Shown here one piece after another: positions 10,679-21,222 of a DNA stretch of 64,000 nt (within the stretch, counting starts at the first letter, position 1; each line of letters opens with the position of its first letter). The DNA comes from Promethearchaeota archaeon Loki_b31 (GTDB lineage Archaea > Asgardarchaeota > Lokiarchaeia > Sigyniarchaeales > SOKP01): NCBI GenBank assembly GCA_005222975.1, contig NJBI01000003.1, positions 32,001 to 96,000 of the forward strand, in the 5' to 3' direction. Below the pieces are notes generated by a model. The model made no database searches, had not been told where the DNA came from, and saw nothing but the letters and a program-made list of their open reading frames with translations. A program made the translations under genes and the position numbers.

Positions 10679-10933
10679 TCATGTCAATTGTTTAGAAAGA
10701 ATTCCAACTGCTGTAATTAAAATCGTCATATTACTCTCATGAAGAAGATATGTACGTGCGGTCTCAATCTTAAAACCATCAATAGAATCAAGAGGAATTT
10801 CAAGACGACCTTCTTTATGGTTTTCAATAAAAAAGTTATTCTCGTTAATACCAGATGCTTTTAATCTATCAATTATCATTTTATATTGAGTCCCATCTTT
10901 TAAGAAAATAATTAAATCCAATAGATTCACCAT
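10679..10933 (-). CDS. Small hypothetical protein (84 aa), paralogue of 10366-10605
   Basis: Shared LKDG, FFIE, GRxExPxDSxxGFxIE, IL motifs. Confidence 0.8.
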   Translation of the reverse strand: MVNLLDLIIFLKDGTQYKMIIDRLKASGINENNFFIENHKEGRLEIPLDSIDGFKIETARTYLLHESNMTILITAVGILSKQLT

Positions 10934-11040
10934 TTTTAAACTTCAATTATGAATATTAATATTAATCTACTTATACTATAAAAAGCTTTAAAAAAAAAAT
11001 TAGTTATTAATGCTATGAAGTCGGAGACTATAATAAAATA

Positions 11041-12273
11041 TCATTTTAGACGAAATATCTTTTTTGGGTTTTCATATAACATTTTATTTCCGATATCTAC
11101 CGCATCGCTAAAAGAAAACTTCTTAGCTTCAATAAAATCAACAAGTACTTCTGCTAAAATGTCCTTGATTAATAATAACGAGCCGCAAGTTCCCTCTAGA
11201 TTTTCACAATCTCCCCCAAAAGCAAAGACTTTATCGGTACAATTCATTTCAATCAGTCCATACAATAATCTTTTAGTAGCAGATTGACTGAGAATAGGCA
11301 TCCAACATAGATCCACGTAGGCATTAAATCTTTGAGTCAAAATACCGGGTATTGTATGATGAAAAGGATAGCCGCCATGAAATATATCAAATTTTACGTC
11401 CGAAAATTTTCTCATTATATCCATAAGATAAAGAGGATTGGTTTCTACCATAGTAGCCAATCCTGTATGAACTTGAACGGGCATTTTTTCTTTTTTTGCA
11501 TATTCTAAAAGAGAGGTTACGACATAATTACCCCATCTTCTCATTTCCTTCTCGTCGATAAAACCTTCTTTTTTCTGAATTTTTTTAAAAATTTCAGTAA
11601 TTTTTCCGTCTTCATTTCTTTCATACAAAAAATGAATTGACCGTTCATAGGCAGATCCTATTTTAATTACATTTGCCATATAGCGCAAAGAGGAGAAATA
11701 TTTTTCAAGAACATCATCAAAATCATCTAGTGTATCAAGCGATTGATTAATATTTTCACCATATAACTCAATCTGATGTTTATAGATCGTAGGGCGATAT
11801 TTATAAGTGTCTACCCTAACAAACGGGAAAGTAACCTCATCAATCCTAATGGTTGTTTGAACGATAGGATGTTTCCAATGTTCCCATAAGTACGGCTTAA
11901 TATCTAGAATTACGTTTGTTATATTTAACTTCTGTGTAAGAGTATCATACATATAGTTTGGGTCTTTATATGCCTCTTTAATTTTGTTATTTAATATTTC
12001 CATTTTTTCAGGTTTTATGGGAAGTATATCAATATCATATAATTGTTTAAATGCTAAGCGAAGTGAATTTAATGCATCTGATCCTATCCTTTTTTGCAAG
12101 GTTCCACAAATATTCTTAATCTTTCTTGGTGAATGTATATAAGCCCCATTTAAAACTTTAGCTAAATCTATAGTTGGTTTTTGAGGATGATAATTCCCCA
12201 CATCACCAAAGTGCTCATGAGTATCAAAAATTTGAACCCATTCTGAAATTAAATTATCTTTTAACATTTTCAA
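11041..12273 (-). CDS. Amidohydrolase-superfamily protein
   Basis: DTHEH, QVHTG, FHGGYP, FGGD metal motifs. Confidence 0.88.
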   Translation of the reverse strand: MKMLKDNLISEWVQIFDTHEHFGDVGNYHPQKPTIDLAKVLNGAYIHSPRKIKNICGTLQKRIGSDALNSLRLAFKQLYDIDILPIKPEKMEILNNKIKEAYKDPNYMYDTLTQKLNITNVILDIKPYLWEHWKHPIVQTTIRIDEVTFPFVRVDTYKYRPTIYKHQIELYGENINQSLDTLDDFDDVLEKYFSSLRYMANVIKIGSAYERSIHFLYERNEDGKITEIFKKIQKKEGFIDEKEMRRWGNYVVTSLLEYAKKEKMPVQVHTGLATMVETNPLYLMDIMRKFSDVKFDIFHGGYPFHHTIPGILTQRFNAYVDLCWMPILSQSATKRLLYGLIEMNCTDKVFAFGGDCENLEGTCGSLLLIKDILAEVLVDFIEAKKFSFSDAVDIGNKMLYENPKKIFRLK

Positions 12274-12412
12274 TCATTTGAAGGTTTGTTTTTAAATAAA
12301 AGTACACTCGAAAAATAAAGTTTATCTAAAGTTTGAGATAAATACTAATGGTTTTTAGGATTAAGTCTAATTAATATCATTCATTTTCATAAGAAAAAAT
12401 GATGGGTTAAAA

Positions 12413-13573
12413 ATGGCATTATCAAAACGTGAACGTGTATTCAAAGCTCTCGAGCTTGATGGAAAACCAGATATGGTTCCTATACATTTGTTTGGCTTTG
12501 AGCAAACAGGGCTTTCTTTCCAAGCTTTTAAAGAATCAGAAGAAAGGAAAAGATATCATAGTTCCGTAAAAAATACGAAATCTAACGTTAAATACTATAT
12601 TACAGAACAACGCTTTTGGAATGCCGATCTTTATGGAATGGACCCATTTGGGGAAAACAAAATAAAAGTGAGATACGAAAACGCACCTCCTGAGTACGCT
12701 GGCTGTCGTCTTAATAGGATGGACGGTAGGTTATATAGAACCGTGAAGCAAGTTAATACAGGTTTGGAATATGCTTGGTATGTTGGTGGTTATTTTACAA
12801 ATCCGGAGATCTTGCACTCTTATTGGGATCAGTATGGAAAACCAACCGAATTGATTAACGATAGGGTTAAATACTCGACTCAAAAATGGGAAGGTTTTGT
12901 TGAAGCTCTTGCACCTTATTTCTATCCAATGGCAAATTTACCCCTAAATCCCTCTGAAGTTTTAATTGGGGGTCTTTCTTTTACTCGTTTTGCTTATTAT
13001 ATACGAAAAAACCCCCGATTTATTCACGAAATTATGGACGAATACACGAAGGTTGATATTGAAATAATTAAGCGGTTAGCTGAAGTAGGCGTTGATATAG
13101 TTATGTTTGGCGATGATTTGGGTTATAAAGACAATGGATTCTTTTCTTTAAAGGTTTTTCGAGAATTTATCCTTCCATATCACAAAAGAATTTACCAAAC
13201 ATGCAAAAAAAGGGGTGTGTTAGTTGTACTACATTCTTGTGGGAAAATTGATCAATACTTACCCGATTTGGTTGATATTGGTCTTAATTGTATTCAATCT
13301 TTAGAAGCAACAGCAGGAGTTGACTTAGCTGGGTTAAAAAAATCGCTAGGGGATCGTTTGTGCTTTATGGGTGGATTGGACTCCTCAGGGGTTTTAACTC
13401 ATGGAACCCCCGAAGATGTGTATGAAAATGTAAGGAGCACAATAAAGAAAGCTGGTAAAGGTGGTGGATTCTTCGTAGGACCTAGTCACGACATCTTAAA
13501 TATGCCGTGGGAGAATGTTTTAGCAATGAGAGCAGCTATAGAGAAATACCGAAAATATCCATTAAACCTTTGA
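12413..13573 (+). CDS. Uroporphyrinogen decarboxylase / MtaA-CmuA methyltransferase family protein
   Basis: RERV...PDMVP, GDDLG, HSCG, GGLD, GGGF, PSH, PWEN. Confidence 0.88.
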   Translation: MALSKRERVFKALELDGKPDMVPIHLFGFEQTGLSFQAFKESEERKRYHSSVKNTKSNVKYYITEQRFWNADLYGMDPFGENKIKVRYENAPPEYAGCRLNRMDGRLYRTVKQVNTGLEYAWYVGGYFTNPEILHSYWDQYGKPTELINDRVKYSTQKWEGFVEALAPYFYPMANLPLNPSEVLIGGLSFTRFAYYIRKNPRFIHEIMDEYTKVDIEIIKRLAEVGVDIVMFGDDLGYKDNGFFSLKVFREFILPYHKRIYQTCKKRGVLVVLHSCGKIDQYLPDLVDIGLNCIQSLEATAGVDLAGLKKSLGDRLCFMGGLDSSGVLTHGTPEDVYENVRSTIKKAGKGGGFFVGPSHDILNMPWENVLAMRAAIEKYRKYPLNL

Positions 13574-13590
13574 GAGTTATTAGCGAAATA

Positions 13591-14847
13591 CTATACGAGG
13601 TTTTTTTCAGTCATAGAACTATTAATCTCCTTAAGCAAATCTTTTTTAAACTTGTTATTTAACTCAATTCCATTTAATATTAAGAACTCCTCTAATTCGT
13701 CTTTCGTTATTTTCTTTTTCCCTTGCTTTTCTATCCAATTCCTTGCTTTAAATATTAATTTGCCATCATTACCGCCCATAAATTTCGGTAAGTAGAGATT
13801 TGTAATAAATTCTGTTCGGTAGAAGGTCCTTACAAATAACCCTTTGCTGTCAAGATTTTTATATAAATTAGAAACTTGCTCTGGCGAGGCATCTATTACC
13901 AAATTTTTACCTACTTTTTGAATTTTCTTATAAAGTGATATCCATATTTCTGATCCCATTGGTGCACTTCCTGCACCTGGAACCCATTGAATCCCCGTTA
14001 TCGCAGGTTCGGCTAATAAGGGATCTAAGTGATGAAGTGCGTTGGGACCATCTAAATGGTAAATTATGTAATCTAAATGTTCTGCTTGAGCTACAAGATC
14101 AGGTAAGGCAAACCTTTTAAACCATTTTGGGTTTAACATCGCACTAAAATCACATTGCATAGGATAACTCCTTTTTCTACACCAGACATTGAGCCAACTA
14201 CTACATCCATTTCCATATTTATCAATAATATCTTGTAATTTATCATAAACATGTAATAGTTTTTCAAGTATGATTGAACGACACGTATCAATAATTTCAG
14301 GCTTTCTCTTCATAGCTAAAATTATATTAGTTGGTCCTAAAAATGCTGAAAGCGTATCTAAAACACCCCCTAAATCAGTTTGTGCTATTGTATAGTTTCT
14401 ACCTGCTCGTTTTGCAGCATATTCAGTAATTCTTAATAATCGTGAATACCATTCATTGTTTTGATTTAATTTGACGCTTTCAAGATATTCTGTTAGATCC
14501 TCTATTTTTATTGGGCGACTAAACCAAACTGTACTCGATTGGAATTTTGGTTTAACTCCAAAAACTGCTGCCACAATTCCAGGACCATAATTCGGGAAAT
14601 AACGAGGCATAGACTCACCCCCATAATATGTAATTTCGGCTCGCTTTTCAAACCCATCAAGAGCATTTTCAATTCCTTCATGGTCTTGTGCTAAATCCCA
14701 ATTTTCACCAACGATATCTAAATACGCACCAAGTTTTCCCCTTTTTTTAGGAAAATAATAACTAAAAACAGGACGATCAATTATTTCTCGATCCCACCAC
14801 GCACTCATTCGCTCTTTCGCTTCATCAATATCCTCTTTATATTCCAT
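13591..14847 (-). CDS. UroD/methyltransferase-like TIM-barrel protein (HLDG subtype)
   Basis: AWW...DRP, QCDFSAM, YHLDGP, IQWVPGAG. ATG at 14847 preferred over TTG at 14871. Confidence 0.8.
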   Translation of the reverse strand: MEYKEDIDEAKERMSAWWDREIIDRPVFSYYFPKKRGKLGAYLDIVGENWDLAQDHEGIENALDGFEKRAEITYYGGESMPRYFPNYGPGIVAAVFGVKPKFQSSTVWFSRPIKIEDLTEYLESVKLNQNNEWYSRLLRITEYAAKRAGRNYTIAQTDLGGVLDTLSAFLGPTNIILAMKRKPEIIDTCRSIILEKLLHVYDKLQDIIDKYGNGCSSWLNVWCRKRSYPMQCDFSAMLNPKWFKRFALPDLVAQAEHLDYIIYHLDGPNALHHLDPLLAEPAITGIQWVPGAGSAPMGSEIWISLYKKIQKVGKNLVIDASPEQVSNLYKNLDSKGLFVRTFYRTEFITNLYLPKFMGGNDGKLIFKARNWIEKQGKKKITKDELEEFLILNGIELNNKFKKDLLKEINSSMTEKNLV

Positions 14848-14998
14848 AAAAGAAATATCAAAACAAAACAAATTAATCTTTACATTTTACAATTCTGTAG
14901 TACACTCAAACTTGAATAGGAGGTTAAAAAATTAAAAAGAGTTGGTTGAGAGAGAAAGACAGAAACCTGAAGATTTTGGAATAGCTTCTTTTTTTCTT

Positions 14999-15901
14999 TT
15001 AATAGAAGGGTTGATCTTTAATATTTGGTAGTTCTATTTGGGGAGCAAATTTTTTAATATATTCAATAGACTTTAATGCTTCGCTTCTTGGTAGTTCAAA
15101 GACTATTGGTCCTGTAAAATTTCTCTGGTGAAGTAAATTTAAAAACTCCGGTGGAAAGTTCTTCCCCGTACCTAAAGCACCATGATCAATAATTCCTTTT
15201 TCAGCGTAGTCTTGTAAATGAATTTCACCTGTGATATCTAAATATTTTTCCGCAATATCAACCAAATCGCATTCTCCCGAGAAACCACCTAGAGTATGTG
15301 CCGTATCAATACATAATTTCGTACCTAATTCCTCAATGATTTTAATTGTAGCTTCAAATGGAAACACGATATTTTCGATCGCAATTTTATTTCTATCTAT
15401 TCCTGTCCTTTTAATAATTTCTTTTATGCTCTGAATTGATAAATCTGCGAACAAATTTGTTGCAACGGGATAGATATCTGGATCCATTATAAAATTCATT
15501 GCATCAGCAATAAATTCGCCCGTTGCATGTAATACATAGACTTCTATATCATCTTCTAATTCGATAAAGGTATTATACGCATCAACTATCGAGTTTATAC
15601 TTCCTTCACGAATGAATTTGTTAGGACTTGCAAGTTCAATGCTTATGAAAGGAAAATGTGCTGAATAAGTAATATCATATTTTTGTTTTATACTCTTAAT
15701 TTTCTCAATTTCTTGCTCTGTTATCTGAATAGGAAATAGTTGGAAGATATCTAGTACAATCTCGCAGTGTTTATATCCCGCTTTAGCAACTCCCTCGATA
15801 AGATCCGAGAGCCTAAATTGTGCTAATCCCGCCAAACCCTTTTCTTTTAGGATTTTATCAATGACAAGATCGAGTGATAAAGGGGAAATTCCAAATCTCA
15901 T
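14999..15901 (-). CDS. Xylose-isomerase-like/AP endonuclease 2 TIM-barrel protein (possibly CbiR-like phosphodiesterase)
   Basis: SAHFP, VLH, IEN, DTAH, IHLQD, DH and FE metal ligands. The CbiR label is inference from family and context. Confidence 0.75.
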   Translation of the reverse strand: MRFGISPLSLDLVIDKILKEKGLAGLAQFRLSDLIEGVAKAGYKHCEIVLDIFQLFPIQITEQEIEKIKSIKQKYDITYSAHFPFISIELASPNKFIREGSINSIVDAYNTFIELEDDIEVYVLHATGEFIADAMNFIMDPDIYPVATNLFADLSIQSIKEIIKRTGIDRNKIAIENIVFPFEATIKIIEELGTKLCIDTAHTLGGFSGECDLVDIAEKYLDITGEIHLQDYAEKGIIDHGALGTGKNFPPEFLNLLHQRNFTGPIVFELPRSEALKSIEYIKKFAPQIELPNIKDQPFY

Positions 15902-16190
15902 ATGAATTAATATGAAATTCTCATAATAAGTTTAATTGAGTTTAAACACTATTAGCAACATGATAAACTGATGGAATTGGTTAAAATTTTTATTAAAAAT
16001 AGCCCTCTATTTTTAATTATCTCCATCAATAACGTCAAGGGAAATAAAATATACTTGACATGAGAGATTATTTATCCAGAGTATTTAAAAGTATTAGGAT
16101 TGAATTTTTACAAAAAACTATATTATTATATTTGAATACAGCAAATATCTATTTACTATATATCTACAATCGGATAAAATTTAGCTAAAA

Positions 16191-16946
16191 ATGTCTAATT
16201 TAAATCTAACACTTTCATTAACACTAAATCATCCAAGCGTACAAAGAGTTATAGAGATCGCAAAAGAGGTAATAAATAATAAAAAAGTGTTAGATACAGA
16301 ATTACTTTATACTTTTGCTAAAAGACAGTTAAAACTTCCCAGAAAAGGGCTCCTAAGCATCATACAATTACTTATTAATAAAAAAGTGTTAGTTGAGGGT
16401 TCAAAATATACTAGAGATGAGGTTCTTAATAATAAGTATAGGTTTAATCTTTATAGATTTTTGACCTCCTATTTAGGAGCTCATTTCTCAACAATAAGAA
16501 AACAAATCATAACAGATAATAGTGGCAACTTGGGAAGTTCCGGCCAGTTGATATGGCATTTGGAAATGCTTATCAAATTCAATTATATTAAAAAGATAAA
16601 AGTTAAAAATTATACTGTTTTTCTTCCGTATGAGATTGATGACGAAATCGGTTTACTTCATTTTGTTTTACGAGATGAAATATACCTAAAAATTATTCAA
16701 TTACTAATAAACAATGAAAAACTTAAAAGAAGTGAAGTCCATAAATTGGTAAATGAAAAAAGAGAGACAGTTTACTATCGAATTAATAACCTTATCGAAT
16801 TTAATATTATTAAATTAAGTGGAGATAAAAATTCTCTCATTCTTAATTCCCGTATGAAAGATGATATAATCTCAATAATAAAGACATTTTCGCAAAATAA
16901 ATCCCAAACTAAAAAATTAAATTTCAATAACGAGAAACGAGGTTAA
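16191..16946 (+). CDS. Multi-winged-HTH transcriptional regulator
   Basis: Tandem wHTH segments (GAHFSTIRK...GQLIWHLEML; RSEVHKL...TVYYRINNL). Confidence 0.75.
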   Translation: MSNLNLTLSLTLNHPSVQRVIEIAKEVINNKKVLDTELLYTFAKRQLKLPRKGLLSIIQLLINKKVLVEGSKYTRDEVLNNKYRFNLYRFLTSYLGAHFSTIRKQIITDNSGNLGSSGQLIWHLEMLIKFNYIKKIKVKNYTVFLPYEIDDEIGLLHFVLRDEIYLKIIQLLINNEKLKRSEVHKLVNEKRETVYYRINNLIEFNIIKLSGDKNSLILNSRMKDDIISIIKTFSQNKSQTKKLNFNNEKRG

Positions 16947-16953
16947 AAATTAA

Positions 16954-18243
16954 ATGACATTGAATTTGACACCTGAGGTTATTGTAGATTTTATCGTAGC
17001 TATTAGTGGATTTGTATTAACTATAACAACTTACATTAAACCAAAAACTAAAAAGATTACCTCATTAAATTACATAAGGTTATCAATCTTCAGTTTTAGC
17101 GTCTTTATTTTTTTAGATGGATTATCTCTCCTCTATATAAGCAAGCTTTTGAGTATCATATCTGGTTTTATTTTAGTCCCATTAACCTTGTCATTAGTAA
17201 TCGGGATAACATATATTATAAAAGAAAATTTTTACTCACCTGGATTTGTAATAGTAATCGGATTGAGTGTTTTATTAATATACCTTGGTTTTCAGCCAAA
17301 TGCCGTCGATATCCAGATACAAGGAGGATATATACGACTACCTTGGACTGGTCTATTTAATGATATTGGAATGATACTTACTGCTATAAGTGAAGTGTAT
17401 ATGCTTTATTGGGGTATAAAAACTCTTAAGAATGCTCCATTTTTGATTAAAAAAGAGGCTTATTTGTTCTTCCTTGGAATTTTCTTTGCTTCGGTTGTAG
17501 CAATGTTTTTTTACGTATTATATTTAATTGACCCTTTTTATATTCTAATTTCTAATTTTGCTTTATTGATTGGTCTCCTAATCGTAACTTTATCGGCAAT
17601 GATTGAACCCAAATTGCTTTATATTTTACCCTTTACAGTTTATAGGATTGTGGTGAAAGATCGCGAGGGATATCCTTTATTTGATCATGATTGGTCGAAA
17701 TCAGAAATAAGTGAAAATATCTTCACTGGATTTATTAATGCCATACAGTTGATGAGTGAAGAAATTATGAATATGGGAGGCTTACTTGATATCCAACTAG
17801 ATGATGGGATTCTAATTTTACACGAATCTGAGAATATTACTGTTGGATTAATAACCTCGAAATCATCAAAGCTACTCAGATATTCTGTAACCAATTTTAC
17901 ATGTGATTTTGAAAATAAATTTGAAAAAATCCTTAAGGAAGGAAATAAAGATATGAGAGAATATGAAAGCGCTCATGAATTAATTGAGAAGTACTTTTCC
18001 AATTTCCCTTCCAGAATAATTTCTCATAAGAGAAAACCTTTACTTTTAACTGAAAGATTATTAAAACTCCCTTTAACATTAGATACAGACCTTAAAAAAA
18101 TTTTCAAAGATGAAGAAGAGTTTAATTTCATCAAATCTGAAATATATCGCACTCCAGAAAGTACCGCAGCAGGCTTTATCTCATTATATAAAGAATTAAA
18201 AAATGAACTAGATGATATAGAAAATGAATATGAAAAAAGCTAA
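16954..18243 (+). CDS. 7-TM membrane protein with C-terminal longin-like domain
   Basis: Seven hydrophobic segments in aa 1-220, then YRIVVKDREGYPLF...IFTGFINAIQLMSEEI...ITVGLIT...FENKF longin-type pattern. Confidence 0.75.
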   Translation: MTLNLTPEVIVDFIVAISGFVLTITTYIKPKTKKITSLNYIRLSIFSFSVFIFLDGLSLLYISKLLSIISGFILVPLTLSLVIGITYIIKENFYSPGFVIVIGLSVLLIYLGFQPNAVDIQIQGGYIRLPWTGLFNDIGMILTAISEVYMLYWGIKTLKNAPFLIKKEAYLFFLGIFFASVVAMFFYVLYLIDPFYILISNFALLIGLLIVTLSAMIEPKLLYILPFTVYRIVVKDREGYPLFDHDWSKSEISENIFTGFINAIQLMSEEIMNMGGLLDIQLDDGILILHESENITVGLITSKSSKLLRYSVTNFTCDFENKFEKILKEGNKDMREYESAHELIEKYFSNFPSRIISHKRKPLLLTERLLKLPLTLDTDLKKIFKDEEEFNFIKSEIYRTPESTAAGFISLYKELKNELDDIENEYEKS

Positions 18244-18419
18244 AATATGGGAAAACGATAAATTTCTTTTTTACATTACCATATAAACATAAACATTTAT
18301 CATGATATTATCAAAAAGAGAAATCTTTAAAATAAGTAAAATTGATTAGTATTAATCAAAATTTTATATAAAGAATTTACATATTAAAAATATCTAACAA
18401 TCTAATTTTAGTAGTTTTT

Positions 18420-19841
18420 ATGGTTGAAAATGATGAAACTGAAACTTCAAGACATTCTATATGGACCTTTCTATCTTTTGGCTCGTACCAGATTACTTGG
18501 ACGATCCCAACTGCAACAATGAGTCTCTTCATGTTCTATTATTATCATACTATAGTTGGTCTTGATCCTCTCTTGATCTTGTTTGTCACTGTCATAAATA
18601 CTGTGTGGGCTTCTCTTAACGATCCCTTAATTGGCTATTTGACTGATCGCAATTTTAAATGGACACAAAAATGGGGAAGGCGCTTTCCTTGGATAATGCT
18701 TGCATTTATACCACAGTCTTTATCTCTCATATTAATATTTTCTGCTCCAGAGCTCGATCCAGCAAATCCTTGGCCAGTTGTATTATGGCTTCTGTTTTCA
18801 CTAGTTTTGTTTGATTTATTTATCACACTTGTAGACATTCACGCTGCTATACTTCGTGCTGATAAATTTCGAACAGAAAAAGAAAGAAGAAAATATTCAG
18901 GATTTTTTGGTGCGTTTGATATGATTGCACAAGTTCTTGGAATGATGCTTCCACCACTTCTGTTGTTTTTTGGAGACACAAGAATGTCGTATACCGTCAT
19001 GGCAGTAGCAATCGGTTTTATTGGAATTATTTTTGGCGTGTTATTTATCCCTGGAGCACGTGAGGATAAGATCATTATAGATCGATATTATTCTAGGGAA
19101 TACGAACGACTGCATATATTTAAGGGTGTAATGATAGTATTAAAACAAAAAAGTTTTATGGCTTTCTATGCAGCGTATGTTGCTTTTCTTTGTGCTACAA
19201 CGATAATGACTGGAATGGTAGCGTATATGACAACATTTATTTTGCAAGAAAGTGAGGATTTTATGACAATCTTTTTCGCAATATTTCTCTTAGGTGCATT
19301 GATTTCAGTTCCGATCTGGCTCAAAATTCTTAAAAAAGTTAATAATAATAAGAAAGTTTATCTAATCGGAAGCTTCTTATTATGTGCTCTTATCGTACCT
19401 CTCGCCTTTTTTCAAGGACCAATTGATTTGGCAATAATAATGTTTTTGGTGGGTTTTGGCACAGGATGTGTGTGGTCTATTGGAATTCCAGTAATGTTAG
19501 CGAACGCACAGGATGATTATGTAGTACGTACTGGGAAAAATCAGAAGGGATTACTTATAGGAACATGGGCAGTGTTAGGACTTATTACGGCTTTTATCGA
19601 TGAACTACTTATAGCTGCTGTTTTTACACTTACTGGATTTGTTCCAGGAATCTCAGATTATGCAGAATTAGTTGCAACTGTTGCAAATGTAGATATGGTC
19701 CTTTTCGGGATTCGTCTCCTTCTAGGAATTATCCCTATGTTGGTCCTGTTAGTGGGTACTTTGATCTTTTGGAAATATTATCCTCTCACCCAAGAAAAAA
19801 TACTAGAAAACAAAGCTAAGCTAAAAGAACTTGGCTTTTAA
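18420..19841 (+). CDS. MFS transporter, glycoside-pentoside-hexuronide (GPH) family
   Basis: NDPLIGYLTDR, WGRRFPW, DDYVVRTGK, YPLT. Confidence 0.9.
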   Translation: MVENDETETSRHSIWTFLSFGSYQITWTIPTATMSLFMFYYYHTIVGLDPLLILFVTVINTVWASLNDPLIGYLTDRNFKWTQKWGRRFPWIMLAFIPQSLSLILIFSAPELDPANPWPVVLWLLFSLVLFDLFITLVDIHAAILRADKFRTEKERRKYSGFFGAFDMIAQVLGMMLPPLLLFFGDTRMSYTVMAVAIGFIGIIFGVLFIPGAREDKIIIDRYYSREYERLHIFKGVMIVLKQKSFMAFYAAYVAFLCATTIMTGMVAYMTTFILQESEDFMTIFFAIFLLGALISVPIWLKILKKVNNNKKVYLIGSFLLCALIVPLAFFQGPIDLAIIMFLVGFGTGCVWSIGIPVMLANAQDDYVVRTGKNQKGLLIGTWAVLGLITAFIDELLIAAVFTLTGFVPGISDYAELVATVANVDMVLFGIRLLLGIIPMLVLLVGTLIFWKYYPLTQEKILENKAKLKELGF

Positions 19842-19958
19842 ATAATCCTCTTTTTTTTATTTAAGATTTAGTTTAGAAATATTATTATATTTTTAATCGA
19901 TATGTTCCATATTTTTAAGAAAAATTTTTTATATCCTTAAGATTAACCTTTAATTACT

Positions 19959-21119
19959 ATGGTTGGTAATTATGAAAAAATAGCAAAAAAAATGGGAGTT
20001 CCTTGGTCAGAAGAAATGGAGAAGATTTTAAAGGCTCTGTATTCCCCTGAGGAAACTGAGATTCTCCTCGTCTTCAACGGACCTTACTTGGATCGTTTTG
20101 ATGCAAAAAAAATAGCGAAAAAACTCAAGCGCTCAATTGATGAGATTGAACCCACATTAAAGGAAATGGCGCGTACTCAAAGGCTCTTTTCTGCTTCAAG
20201 AGGGGATGAAACAACTTATTCAATGTTTCCACTACTTCCAGGGCTTTTTGAACTTTATTTCTCTAACTATGAAAGAGCTATGAGAGAAGAAAAAGAAGTC
20301 TTAGAATTATTCACTGAAGAATATGAGAAATATTATAATCAAGGTCATGTTGTAAACACGGTGAGTTCCTCATATCCTTTCATGAGAGTGTTTGTTGACG
20401 AGAAAGTCATTAAGGATACTATTGAGAGAGGAAAAGGAACTAGTATTGAAGTTGAACAGGAAGTAGAACAATACAAAAATAAAATATTACATTTCGAACA
20501 AGTTAAAAATTTAGTTGAGAAGGCTCGTAGGATCTCTGTTATGGATTGTGCTTGCAGAACTCACATGAAACTACATAATGAGGGTGTTCCCGTAAATGAT
20601 TATCCCATCAATGTATGCATGAGCTTTAATGTGTTTGCAGATTATTGTATAGAAAATGGATTTGGAAGAGAGCTGTCAAAAGAGGAAACTCTTAAAACTC
20701 TGACTGAAGCAGCTAAAGCAGGTTTAGTTCATACCACTCAAAATATGACAGAAAAGATGACATTTATATGCAACTGTGATCGGGATTGTTGTGTAATGCT
20801 ACGAGGAATTCGCCAATTTAACGATCCAAATGTAGTCGCAACATCAAATTTTATACCCGAATATGATAGAGATAATTGTATTTTTTGTTTAAAATGTATA
20901 GAACTCTGTCCCATGAATATTATTGAATTGGTTGATGATGGGAGCGAAGATCAAAGAATTTCAATTAATCTCGATAGATGCATCGGTTGTGGAGTTTGTG
21001 CTTTTAACTGCCCTGAAGAAGCATTAACAATGGTCAAAAAGTATGATAAAATTCCAGTTGAAAACGCGATGTTGATGATGACAAAATCTATTGAGGGTAG
21101 GAAGAATAAAAGTCTTTAG
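19959..21119 (+). CDS. 4Fe-4S binding protein with N-terminal HTH-like region
   Basis: CACR, CNCDRDCC and two CxxCxxCxxxCP motifs. Confidence 0.85.
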   Translation: MVGNYEKIAKKMGVPWSEEMEKILKALYSPEETEILLVFNGPYLDRFDAKKIAKKLKRSIDEIEPTLKEMARTQRLFSASRGDETTYSMFPLLPGLFELYFSNYERAMREEKEVLELFTEEYEKYYNQGHVVNTVSSSYPFMRVFVDEKVIKDTIERGKGTSIEVEQEVEQYKNKILHFEQVKNLVEKARRISVMDCACRTHMKLHNEGVPVNDYPINVCMSFNVFADYCIENGFGRELSKEETLKTLTEAAKAGLVHTTQNMTEKMTFICNCDRDCCVMLRGIRQFNDPNVVATSNFIPEYDRDNCIFCLKCIELCPMNIIELVDDGSEDQRISINLDRCIGCGVCAFNCPEEALTMVKKYDKIPVENAMLMMTKSIEGRKNKSL

Positions 21120-21222
21120 GATAATTTGAATTCTAAAATTGATTAAATTACCTCCTTTTTCTTATAGTTTTGGGTACATTTTTTACACAATACAATGGTT
21201 CAAGAAATAGAATAGTTTTTGT

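Noticed and set aside
16034-16059. GTCAAG-N14-CTTGAC inverted repeat (similarly TTGAATT-N8-AATTCAA at 59001-59022)
   Set aside because: Short arms in AT-rich intergenic DNA with no second instance; not distinguishable from chance.
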